This document shows, piece after piece, positions 27,699-36,061 of a stretch of DNA of 52,079 bases. Source of the stretch: Candidatus Saccharimonadota bacterium (GTDB taxonomy: Bacteria > Patescibacteriota > Saccharimonadia > Saccharimonadales > UBA4665); assembly GCA_043737735.1 (NCBI GenBank), contig JAYTAB010000013.1, positions 1 through 52,079 on the forward strand, written 5' to 3'. The position numbers and the translations under genes are program-made. Positions within the stretch are counted from its first letter, which is position 1. Each line of letters opens with the position of its first letter. Under the pieces are notes generated by a model, which had not been told where the DNA came from, made no database searches, and saw nothing but the letters and a program-made list of their open reading frames with translations.

Positions 27699-27742
27699 AA
27701 ACTGAACGCACCGCCTTAACCATAAGACGGTGCGTTCAGTTT
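27699..27742. terminator. Bidirectional terminator hairpin between ORF E and xfp
   Basis: Perfect 15-bp stem AAACTGAACGCACCG / CGGTGCGTTCAGTTT with a 14-nt loop. Confidence 0.75.
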
Positions 27743-27762
27743 AGCTTTGGCTATTGCTCCGT

Positions 27763-30132
27763 CTAGCGTTCCCATTGCCAGTCGCGCACCTCGGGCATGT
27801 CGACGCCGTGAATAGTAATGTAATTGGAATGCTCAATCAGCTTCATCTCCATCAGCTCTTTGAGTCGAGTGCCAGCTTCGCCGGTCGACGGCGTGCGGTC
27901 GATGACGTCCATAACCAAGTGGAAGCGGTCCATCGTGTTCAGTACGGTCATATCAAACGCTGTCGTTATCGTGCCTTCTTCTTTGTAACCTCTGACGTGC
28001 ATATTGCGGTTGGTGCGGCGGTAGGTCAGGCGGTGGATCAACCACGGGTAACCATGGAAGGCGAAGACGATGTGCTTGTCGGTCGTGAAAAGATTGTCGT
28101 AATCCATTTCGCTCAGGCCGTGTGGATGTTCGGTTTCGGGTTCGAGTTTCATGAGATCGACGACGTTGACGACGCGTATCCGTAGGCTCGGCAGGTGCTC
28201 GCGAAGTATAGATACGGCGGCCAACACTTCGATGGTCGGGACATCGCCGGCACAGGCCATGACGACATCCGGTTCGCCGTCTTGTTCGTTGCTAGCCCAG
28301 TTCCAGACGCCGATACCGGTGGTACAGTGTTCAATCGCTTCTTCCATCGTTAGCCACTGCGGGGCGTCATGTTTGCCGCAGACGGTCAAGTTGATGTAGT
28401 TGCGGCTTTGCAAACAGTGGGCGGTGACAGAGAGTAGACAATTGGCGTCAGGGGGTAAGTATACGCGAACCATGGCTGACTTTTTGTTGAGCAAATGATC
28501 GATGAATCCGGGATCTTGGTGTGTGAACCCGTTGTGATCTTGACGCCAAACCAGCGAGGTCAGTAGGTAGTTCAGTGATGCGATCTCTTTGCGCCAAGGC
28601 AACTCGGAAGACATTTTGAGCCATTTGGCGTGTTGGTTGACCATCGAGTCGACGATCCGGATGAAAGCTTCGTAGCTGTTGAGTATGCCATGCCGACCGG
28701 TCAATAGGTAGCCTTCTAACCATCCCTCGGCTTGGTGTTCGCTGAGCATCGAGTCGAGGATCGCGCCGCGTGGCGCCAGAAATTCATCGTTGTCTTTGGT
28801 GCGGGCCAGCCACTGGCGGTCACTGGCTTCAAACACAGCATCCAGCCTATTGGATAGGGTCTCGTCCGGAGCAAAAATCCGAAAGTTGTGGTGCTCTTGG
28901 TTAAGTTTGATGACATCCCGAAGGTATGGACCGAGTGCATGGACATTGCCAACCCCACCCTCGCCACGTACTGGTACACCGACGGCGTAGTCTCGGAAGG
29001 GTGGTAACTGTAGCTCGCGGAGTAGATTGCCGCCGTTGGCATGGACGTTTGAGCCCATTCGGTGCATGCCCTTTGGGGCTAGTTCGGCTAGTTCTGGTAG
29101 TAATCGTCCATGATCGTCGAATAGCTCTTCGGGCTTATAGCTTTTCATCCAGGTCTCTAGGAGTGCGACGTTGTCTTGGTGTGCGGCATCGATGGTTATA
29201 GGCACCTGGTGCGAGCGGAAATTACCCTCTACGACGTGGCCATCGACCGTCTTCGGTCCGGTCCATCCCTTGGGGGATTTCAGGATAATCATCGGCCAGC
29301 GCGGGCGCGACGCGTCATTGTTGGTGCGGGCATTGGTCTGAATTCGCTTGATCTCGTCGAAGGCCGTGTCGAGAGTCGAGGCCATCAACTGGTGCATTGT
29401 TTCTGGATCGTCGCCCTCGACAAAGAGTGGATTCCAGCCGTAGCCTCGGAACAACTGCTCCAGCTCTTCCGGTTCGATGCGGGCCAGGAGTGTCGGGTTG
29501 CTGATCTTGTAACCGTTCAAGTGCAGTATCGGCAGCACGGCGCCGTCACTGATAGGATTTAGAAACTTGTTGGAGTGCCAGGCCGTCGCTAGTGGGCCAG
29601 TCTCGGCCTCTCCATCACCGACAACGCAGGCTGTGATGAGGTCTGGGTTGTCGAAGACTGCACCAAAGGCGTGGCTCAGTGAATAGCCGAGTTCGCCGCC
29701 CTCGTGGATCGAGCCGGGAACTTGCGGCGACACGTGGCTGGACAATCCGCCCGGGAAAGAAAAACGTTGAAATAGTTTTTTAAGTCCGGCTTCGTCTTGA
29801 GTGACCTCCGGGTAGACATCGCTGAAGGTGCCTTCTAGGTAGACGTTACCGACAACAGCCGGGCCGCCATGTCCAGGACCAGAAATGTAGATGATACTAC
29901 TACCGCGGTCTTTGATTATTCTATTCAAATGCACATAGATGAAGTTTTGACCTGGCGTCGTTCCCCAGTGGCCAAGTAGCATTTGCTTGACGTCACTCAG
30001 CTCGAGTGGCCGACGCAGCAGCGGGTTGTCTCGGAGGTAAATCTGCCCGACCGACAAATAATTGGTAGCCCTCCAATATGCATTAATCTTGGCTAGCATT
30101 TCTATCGATAACGGCGACTGTGTCGAACCCAT
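27763..30132 (-). CDS. xfp: Xylulose-5-phosphate/fructose-6-phosphate phosphoketolase
   Basis: 789 aa. [33 protein letters not shown], and typical TPP-enzyme length. Confidence 0.95.
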   Translation of the reverse strand: MGSTQSPLSIEMLAKINAYWRATNYLSVGQIYLRDNPLLRRPLELSDVKQMLLGHWGTTPGQNFIYVHLNRIIKDRGSSIIYISGPGHGGPAVVGNVYLEGTFSDVYPEVTQDEAGLKKLFQRFSFPGGLSSHVSPQVPGSIHEGGELGYSLSHAFGAVFDNPDLITACVVGDGEAETGPLATAWHSNKFLNPISDGAVLPILHLNGYKISNPTLLARIEPEELEQLFRGYGWNPLFVEGDDPETMHQLMASTLDTAFDEIKRIQTNARTNNDASRPRWPMIILKSPKGWTGPKTVDGHVVEGNFRSHQVPITIDAAHQDNVALLETWMKSYKPEELFDDHGRLLPELAELAPKGMHRMGSNVHANGGNLLRELQLPPFRDYAVGVPVRGEGGVGNVHALGPYLRDVIKLNQEHHNFRIFAPDETLSNRLDAVFEASDRQWLARTKDNDEFLAPRGAILDSMLSEHQAEGWLEGYLLTGRHGILNSYEAFIRIVDSMVNQHAKWLKMSSELPWRKEIASLNYLLTSLVWRQDHNGFTHQDPGFIDHLLNKKSAMVRVYLPPDANCLLSVTAHCLQSRNYINLTVCGKHDAPQWLTMEEAIEHCTTGIGVWNWASNEQDGEPDVVMACAGDVPTIEVLAAVSILREHLPSLRIRVVNVVDLMKLEPETEHPHGLSEMDYDNLFTTDKHIVFAFHGYPWLIHRLTYRRTNRNMHVRGYKEEGTITTAFDMTVLNTMDRFHLVMDVIDRTPSTGEAGTRLKELMEMKLIEHSNYITIHGVDMPEVRDWQWER

Positions 30133-31383
30133 TTATAAACCTCGGTTATGTTGATTATGTTTATTAGCTGAGTTAATATTTACCACATCAGCCACTTGCC
30201 GTGCAATGATCTGCTCCTCGTCGGTGCGCATGACGCGGACATTGACGCGGCTGCCCTGAGTCGAAATTGTGGCTTCGTTAGCACCGTTAGCGGCTGAGTC
30301 GAGCTCTAGCCCGAGAAACTCCAGGCCGTCACATATGCGAGCTCGCAGGCCCGGTGCTTTTTCGCCGATGCCACCAGAGAAGACTACCGTGTCGACTCCA
30401 CCAAGTACTGCTGCCAGCGAGCCGATGGCTTTCTTGGTCTGATAACAGAATAGATCCACGGCCTCACTCGCTCGCACGTCCGTTTGTTCGTTCTGCAGAA
30501 GGGTGTACATGTCAGCCGAGGTTTCTGAGACACCGAGCAGGCCAGACTGTTTGTTGGCCATGTCGTTGAAGTCCTTGACGCTGAGTCCGTCCTTGTTGTG
30601 TAGATACCAGGCGATGCCCGGGTCGAGATCACCGCTGCGGGAGCTCATCGGTATGCCGGAGGCGGGCGTGAGACCCATCGTCGTATCTATCGGCTGCCCA
30701 CCATGAGTTGCCGTCAGACTGGCGCCGCTGCCCAGGTGTGCCAATATAACGCGCCCGTTGGCTGTCTCCTCGCCGTCTTGGTCGCGAAGCTGAGACAACA
30801 AGTACGTATATGACAATCCATGAAACCCGTAGCGGCGTAGACCTTCGCGCTCGTATTTGCGCGGGATCGGCAATATCTGCGCCACCCGAGGCATGTCATG
30901 ATAGAATGCTGTGTCGAAGCAGGCAATTTGCGGTAAACGAGGGAAGAGGCTGGTCAGCTTTTCGATCAGCTGGATCGAGTTCGGCAAATGGTCTGGGTCG
31001 TAACTGCTAAATTCCCGCCAATCCTCCAGAACTTCAGGGGTGATGAGCTGTGATTCGTAATACTGTGGGCCGCCATGAACGATGCGGTGTCCAACGGCCA
31101 GCAGGCCATCAGTCTTGATCTGTCGGTTGAGCCAGTCGACGATCACGACGATCGCATCAGAATGATTCCTGACATCTATGGTTCTGGCTGGTTCGGCATT
31201 GCCTGTCGTGCCGCTAGCGTGCAGTACGGCGTCCGACTGGCCGATATTATCGATTGTGCATTTGCAAACAGCTTGAAGCTGCTTACCAGATTCATAGACG
31301 ACGGCTTTAATGCTCGACGATCCGGCGTTTAACGCCAAGATATATGTAGGTGTGTGTCTGAAAGACTTTAATGTTCTAAGCAT
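30133..31383 (-). CDS. ackA: Acetate kinase
   Basis: ILALNAGSSSIK, GHRIVHGG, FDTAFYHDMP, RYGFHGLSY. Start placed at Met MLRTLKSF. The stop TAA abuts the xfp ATG. Confidence 0.9.
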   Translation of the reverse strand: MLRTLKSFRHTPTYILALNAGSSSIKAVVYESGKQLQAVCKCTIDNIGQSDAVLHASGTTGNAEPARTIDVRNHSDAIVVIVDWLNRQIKTDGLLAVGHRIVHGGPQYYESQLITPEVLEDWREFSSYDPDHLPNSIQLIEKLTSLFPRLPQIACFDTAFYHDMPRVAQILPIPRKYEREGLRRYGFHGLSYTYLLSQLRDQDGEETANGRVILAHLGSGASLTATHGGQPIDTTMGLTPASGIPMSSRSGDLDPGIAWYLHNKDGLSVKDFNDMANKQSGLLGVSETSADMYTLLQNEQTDVRASEAVDLFCYQTKKAIGSLAAVLGGVDTVVFSGGIGEKAPGLRARICDGLEFLGLELDSAANGANEATISTQGSRVNVRVMRTDEEQIIARQVADVVNINSANKHNQHNRGL

Positions 31384-31506
31384 AACCCTAGTATAGCGTA
31401 TCAATACCCCCATTTCGAGCTGATTTCTATACAGAGGTGGCAATGGCGTTGCTCTGGACTCGGTCGGCAAACCGCATATGGTATGCTTGGTTAAGGGCCT
31501 AAAGAT

Positions 31507-32658
31507 ATGACGAAGAAATCAAATCTAAAGAACCAGAAGATTAAAATAGCAGTTGTAGGCGTCGGGAATTGTTTCTCGGCATTGTATCAAGGATTCGAAT
31601 TTTATAAAACACACCAGCACGACACGGTGCCTGGAATCATGTTCGAAGATATCGGCGGGTATCATCCGACCGATATCGAAGTCGTAGCGGCATTTGACGT
31701 CGACAAGCGCAAGGTCGGACTGCCTGTCGGTGAAGCGATTTTCGCCAAACCGAACTGTGCCCGGGTCTACATGCCGGATGTCCCGGCTGGCCCCAAGGTG
31801 CAAATGGGCTCGGTGCTCGACGGCGTATCTGACCATATGACGGCCCAGCCAGAGCGCCAAGGCTTCCGGGTTTCGAATGCCAAGACGGTTGATATTGTAC
31901 AAGTTCTGAAGGACAGCGGGGCCGACATTCTAGTTAATTATCTACCGGTTGGCTCGCAGCTCGCGACCGAATTTTATGCTCAAGCAGCCCTCGACGCCAA
32001 AGTCGCTTTCCTGAACTGTATCCCGGTATTCATCGCTAGCGATCCGAAGTGGGAACAGAAGTTCGTTGACGCCGGGCTACCGATCGTCGGTGATGACATG
32101 CGCAGCGCATTTGGGGCTAGCATCTTATCGCAGGTACTGCAGGAATTGGCCTTCGACCGAGGCTTTGTGGTAGATTTTCACCAGCAAATCAACATCGGCG
32201 GCAATACCGATTTCAACAACATGATGGTCCATAGCCGCCTGGCCTCCAAGAAGAAATCAAAAGAAAATGTTATTCGGGCCCAGAACGAACTACGCGGCAT
32301 CCCCGTGCCGGAAGACAGTCTGTTCGCTGGCCCGAGCACCTATCTGCCGTATCTCAAGGACAACAAGGTCGCCTATTTCAACCTGCGGCTGCGCGGCTTC
32401 GGCGACGCGGCTGTGACTGTCGATATCAAGCTATCGGTGCAGGACTCGGAAAACAGCGCTGGCGTGGTGATAGATGCTATCCGCTACCTCCAGGTCGCCC
32501 GCGAGCTCGGCATAGTCGGCTCACTTCGAGGCCCCAGCGCCTGGACACAGAAGACACCACCCGAGCAGATGACCTACTCCGATGCCAAGGCCGAGTGTGA
32601 ATCGCTGGCCACCCGCAAATTGTCCAAGAACTTGCAGAAACAGCAGCGGATAAACTAA
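31507..32658 (+). CDS. ino1: myo-Inositol-1-phosphate synthase
   Basis: KIAVVGVGNCFSALYQG, PVFIASDPKWEQKF, NIGGNTDFNNM, DSENSAGVVIDAIR. Collinear with actinobacterial Ino1 as I recall it. Confidence 0.9.
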   Translation: MTKKSNLKNQKIKIAVVGVGNCFSALYQGFEFYKTHQHDTVPGIMFEDIGGYHPTDIEVVAAFDVDKRKVGLPVGEAIFAKPNCARVYMPDVPAGPKVQMGSVLDGVSDHMTAQPERQGFRVSNAKTVDIVQVLKDSGADILVNYLPVGSQLATEFYAQAALDAKVAFLNCIPVFIASDPKWEQKFVDAGLPIVGDDMRSAFGASILSQVLQELAFDRGFVVDFHQQINIGGNTDFNNMMVHSRLASKKKSKENVIRAQNELRGIPVPEDSLFAGPSTYLPYLKDNKVAYFNLRLRGFGDAAVTVDIKLSVQDSENSAGVVIDAIRYLQVARELGIVGSLRGPSAWTQKTPPEQMTYSDAKAECESLATRKLSKNLQKQQRIN

Positions 32659-32818
32659 GTGCGCGTGCAATAATAACCTCCCAAAGTTAGAGCAGATGAT
32701 CTCCGAGATAAAACTGTTGCTGACGAGGGAGACGTACCTGTGGTACGTCGGACTGAGACAGGAATAGTTTTAGCCGGAGAGCGCTGCTGTAACTGGGAGG
32801 TTATTGTTGGGCGCGCAC
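32659..32818. repeat. 160-nt extended imperfect hairpin directly after the ino1 stop
   Basis: 25-nt basal arms 32659-32683 / 32794-32818 (22 Watson-Crick pairs, 2 U-G, 1 mismatch). Further internal pairing. Perfect 8-bp apical stem GACGTACC-TGT-GGTACGTC at 32731-32749. Confidence 0.6.
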
Positions 32819-32821
32819 TAA

Positions 32822-32894
32822 AGAGCCTGCCCGGTCTCTTCTCTCGGTATGAAACATTTGTTTCATACCGAGAGGGAGATCCGAGGCAGGCTCT
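32822..32894. repeat. 73-nt near-perfect palindromic hairpin (possible bidirectional terminator)
   Basis: Outer stem AGAGCCTGCC/GGCAGGCTCT. Perfect 16-bp inner stem CTCTCGGTATGAAACA/TGTTTCATACCGAGAG. Confidence 0.6.
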
Positions 32895-32972
32895 ATGCGT
32901 CCTAGGCAGCGACTTCTCGTCGGCGTGCCTTATCTGAGACTGATGCCAATACCATCAGCCAGGACTATGTCC

Positions 32973-33764
32973 TTAGATATTAAAACCACCATTTACTTTT
33001 ACTTCTGAACCGCTCATGTATGCTGAGTCGTCAGAGGCCAAAAATGCTACAACCTTTGCAATATCTTCGGGCTTTCCAAGTCGTTTAGCTGGAACAAGCG
33101 CTGCGGCTGCTGCTAATGCCTCGGGTGGCATTGCTGCGGTCATAGGGGTTTCAATAAAGCCAGGGCATACGTACATAGAGTTAATACCATCTTTGGTGAG
33201 CTCTAGTCCTAGCGTCTTCATGAATCCCTGAATGCCAGCCTTAGATGCAGCATAGTTAGCCTGACCGAAGTTACCAGTGTTTCCAACGATACTTGAAGTG
33301 GCTATTAATCGTCCGAAGCCAGTTTCCTTTGACTCTTTCAAAACGTAAGGTAGTGCTTCGTGGATTGTTCGGAAGACACCATTAAGGTTAACGTCTATTA
33401 CAGGGAGCCACTTTTCGGGAGTCATGCCTTTGAATCCCTTGTCAATTGTAATGCCGGCGTTGGCAAAAACGACGTTTATGCCACCCATGCGCTCTGAGGA
33501 TTCTTTCATGAAGCGAGCAACGCTTTCCTGTTTTGTAACGTCGAGTTCAACGGCAGAAACATGTACGAGGCCTGCTTCGTTGAGCTGCTTAGCTGTCTCT
33601 TCGGCTTGTGCTTTGTTGATATCGCCAATAACTACCTGGGCGCCTCGCTCTGCACATATCCGAGCTGTTGTCGCACCAATACCGTTTGGTGCACCACCTC
33701 CGGTTATAACCATCATTCGGCCTTCCAATGGCCCTGCTTGAGGTGCGTTTTCTAGAACATTCAT
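32973..33764 (-). CDS. SDR-family oxidoreductase (FabG-like)
   Basis: VITGGGAPNGIGATTA (TGxxxGxG-type), NAGI, and the catalytic YAASKAG. Confidence 0.85.
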   Translation of the reverse strand: MNVLENAPQAGPLEGRMMVITGGGAPNGIGATTARICAERGAQVVIGDINKAQAEETAKQLNEAGLVHVSAVELDVTKQESVARFMKESSERMGGINVVFANAGITIDKGFKGMTPEKWLPVIDVNLNGVFRTIHEALPYVLKESKETGFGRLIATSSIVGNTGNFGQANYAASKAGIQGFMKTLGLELTKDGINSMYVCPGFIETPMTAAMPPEALAAAAALVPAKRLGKPEDIAKVVAFLASDDSAYMSGSEVKVNGGFNI

Positions 33765-33854
33765 GTACTAACTCCTTGTAATTAATTACTTGTCAGCTCA
33801 GTTTATTCTTTTATGTTGTAATAGCAAGCAATTATAGCAATATTATGGCCCAGT

Positions 33855-34769
33855 GTGATCAATACCACACCTCAAACAGTTGACCGGCCGATGATAGAGT
33901 GGCATAGTAATATTCAAATGAAAGAAAACTCCGAACTTCGTCTCGGCAACCGCACAGGTGTTACGGAGTATGGCGTTTGCTACGATGGCCAAGTGATGAA
34001 GGATCACGGCAATATTTCTGTTACCTTGACTGAGCCAATCGTGCAAAATGACCAAGGGGCGATCTATCTGTTGGCGCCTGGCGCTATGTCTGATCCTGGC
34101 TTTTTCAAACTTGCGGTGGCCGAAGTCAACAAGGCCGGTCATACGGCGGTCGTGCCGCACTTCACGAACGCCGGGATACATAACCCACTGGATCATAATG
34201 CTCGAGATATCGCGGCTGTCTTAGATGCTTTGCCGCCAGAGCGGGAGAAGCGTGCTATAGGTGTCTCGATGGGTGCGGCGGCCCTGGTGTTGGCTCTACG
34301 GCGTGCGGAGTCGCATGTTGATATTACGACGCTTGTGGCTCCCGCCGATATCATCCCCAATCATGTTGCGCTTTGGCCGTTTCAGCCTGCAATTTATGGG
34401 TTAGCTACGATCCCGGAAAGCATTGCATTGACCGCCAAAGATCCAATCACCGCCCTGATTATGAGTGGCATCAATACTGTCTATTTTGCACGTCGACCAT
34501 TCGCGGTGACTGCGGAAATCCTACAGCGTGCCCAACGCACTGTGCGTGCTGCAATCATTGACGGGCAGGCTGCTCCAGACGCGACTTACCTGCGTCTGAT
34601 ATACGGTGACAGTGATCGACTTTTTCCACCCAAAACATTGCTGAAGGCTGTCGAGGATTTGCCATTTGATGAGGTCGTAAAGTATCACGGTGGGCATTTC
34701 GCCTTCTTCCATGACCCCAAGCTTGCTCGACAGGTTATCGAACTTGATGATCAGTTAGCAGAAAAATAA
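33855..34769 (+). CDS. Alpha/beta hydrolase fold protein
   Basis: Nucleophile elbow GVSMG and C-terminal GGH. Length and pattern fit the fold. The start (GTG 33855) is uncertain. Confidence 0.55.
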   Translation: MINTTPQTVDRPMIEWHSNIQMKENSELRLGNRTGVTEYGVCYDGQVMKDHGNISVTLTEPIVQNDQGAIYLLAPGAMSDPGFFKLAVAEVNKAGHTAVVPHFTNAGIHNPLDHNARDIAAVLDALPPEREKRAIGVSMGAAALVLALRRAESHVDITTLVAPADIIPNHVALWPFQPAIYGLATIPESIALTAKDPITALIMSGINTVYFARRPFAVTAEILQRAQRTVRAAIIDGQAAPDATYLRLIYGDSDRLFPPKTLLKAVEDLPFDEVVKYHGGHFAFFHDPKLARQVIELDDQLAEK

Positions 34770-34793
34770 GGGAGGCCAGATGGCCTCCCTTAT
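34766..34793. terminator. Bidirectional terminator between convergent genes
   Basis: ATAAGGGAGGCC-AGA-TGGCCTCCCTTAT, a stem of about 12 bp overlapping the hydrolase stop codon. Confidence 0.8.
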
Positions 34794-34820
34794 GCGTCTG
34801 TATACGAGTATACAGAGGGG

Positions 34821-35387
34821 CTACTTGTCGTCGCTGCCTTTTAGGATAGCTTCGATGAGGTCTCGTGGTAATGCGGCTGCCGAGAGCAGGGCATTGCGAA
34901 CGGTTGTTGTAGCATCGCCACCGACGCTAGTAGCAGCTTCTAGCGCGCCACCGACAGCAGCCTTGGCGGCTCCTGATACATCAGCGCCCATGTCACCGGC
35001 CGATTTGATAGCGCTCTCGACTGCGCCGACGGCTGCACTACCGATGTCACCACCGGTTTCGGCCGTTCCTTGGACGATACCGCTAGCTGCGCCGCGTATA
35101 GCACTACCGACGTCGCCGCCGACTTGGCTGACGCCCTTGATTACACCAGTCATTGTGCTGGCAGCAGTGTCTACGAGCGAACCGCCTACTTGGCCGGCGC
35201 CTTTGACGGCACCGCTGGCTACCGATGAGATGGTCTCGATGCTGGCACCAGCGACGTCACCGACGTCTTGCAGGGCGCCGACTACTTGGTTCTTTACGGT
35301 GTCGGTAAGGACGTCGAGGATGTTGTCTACGCCTTGAATTGCTGCAGTGACTGCACCTGATACTTCGTCTACTATTCTTGAAAGCAT
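34821..35387 (-). CDS. Gly/Ala/Val-rich repeat protein (about six repeats of ~22 aa with a V/T-GGD-V/I-GSA core)
   Basis: AAGGA RBS 9 nt upstream of the ATG and a terminator downstream. The repeats are visible in the translation. No signal peptide. Confidence 0.6.
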   Translation of the reverse strand: MLSRIVDEVSGAVTAAIQGVDNILDVLTDTVKNQVVGALQDVGDVAGASIETISSVASGAVKGAGQVGGSLVDTAASTMTGVIKGVSQVGGDVGSAIRGAASGIVQGTAETGGDIGSAAVGAVESAIKSAGDMGADVSGAAKAAVGGALEAATSVGGDATTTVRNALLSAAALPRDLIEAILKGSDDK

Positions 35388-35446
35388 GTTGTTGTCCTTT
35401 ACGCTTAAGTTATTTTTCTAGCATACCATAAACACATTCCCAGACA

Positions 35447-35581
35447 CCATCTGGCTGACCCACACTCACTTTTTGCCTCTCAAGTGCGCTCTACGTGTAA
35501 TCGCCTGATTACATCAGGGATTAGCACGTGGCACTAGCAACCCTTTCGATTCAAAAAGTGAGTGTGGGTCAGGCCATCTGG
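35447..35581. repeat. MITE-like element: perfect 20-bp terminal inverted repeats flanked by an 8-bp direct repeat
   Basis: CTGACCCACACTCACTTTTT at 35455-35474 and its exact reverse complement at 35553-35572. CCATCTGG at 35447-35454 and 35574-35581. The 78-nt interior has its own nested stems. Confidence 0.55.
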
Positions 35582-35639
35582 CCGGTAGGGTACGCGGGTC
35601 ACGATAAAATACCGAGTTTTGGAGTATGATGGATATAGC

Positions 35640-36032
35640 ATGAATTTTTTCAAACTTTCGCCCAAATTGGTAATAGTCGAGGACAACGTAAGCCTGGCGG
35701 AGATATACAAGACCAGAATGGAGATTCTGGGTTACAAATGTTTCGTTGCGTATGATGGGGAGCGGGCATTAGAGCTCATAGAGCACGAAAAGCCGGATCT
35801 CGTTCTGCTCGACCTGATGGTGCCAAAGGTAGCCGGCGATCAAATCCTGCAGACTATGCGCAGCAACGATTGGGGCAGGAACATCAAAGTATTGATAATA
35901 TCCAATCTCAACGAAGCCGATGCGCCAACTGGTCTGCGCGAAAAGGGCATCGAAGGCTATGCTGTAAAAGCAAACTTATCATACGACGACCTCGATAATC
36001 TCGTCGGATCGATTTTGACTCCGCCGAGGTAG
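35640..36032 (+). CDS. Single-domain response regulator (receiver only)
   Basis: LVIVEDNVSL...DLVLLDLMVPKVAG...K. Start placed at ATG 35640. Confidence 0.85.
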   Translation: MNFFKLSPKLVIVEDNVSLAEIYKTRMEILGYKCFVAYDGERALELIEHEKPDLVLLDLMVPKVAGDQILQTMRSNDWGRNIKVLIISNLNEADAPTGLREKGIEGYAVKANLSYDDLDNLVGSILTPPR

Positions 36033-36061
36033 CACAACGAGGCGTTCGCTTGAGAACGTGC

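Noticed and set aside
27754-29562. Several plus-strand ORFs (61-143 aa) inside the phosphoketolase gene, and similar shadow ORFs inside leuS, ackA, sulP, thrE, kef and the PAS kinase
   Set aside because: All are embedded antisense or out of frame within long genes that carry unambiguous family motifs, and none has independent support.
32740-32937. 65-aa plus-strand ORF between ino1 and the SDR gene
   Set aside because: It spans two long palindromes, so the open frame is a by-product of the inverted repeats.
34780-35337. 185-aa plus-strand ORF (Ala/Pro/Ser/Thr-rich) opposite the Gly/Ala repeat protein
   Set aside because: It is the mirror frame of a repetitive GC-rich gene. The minus-strand frame has an AAGGA RBS, an ATG and a terminator, whereas this one starts inside the terminator hairpin.
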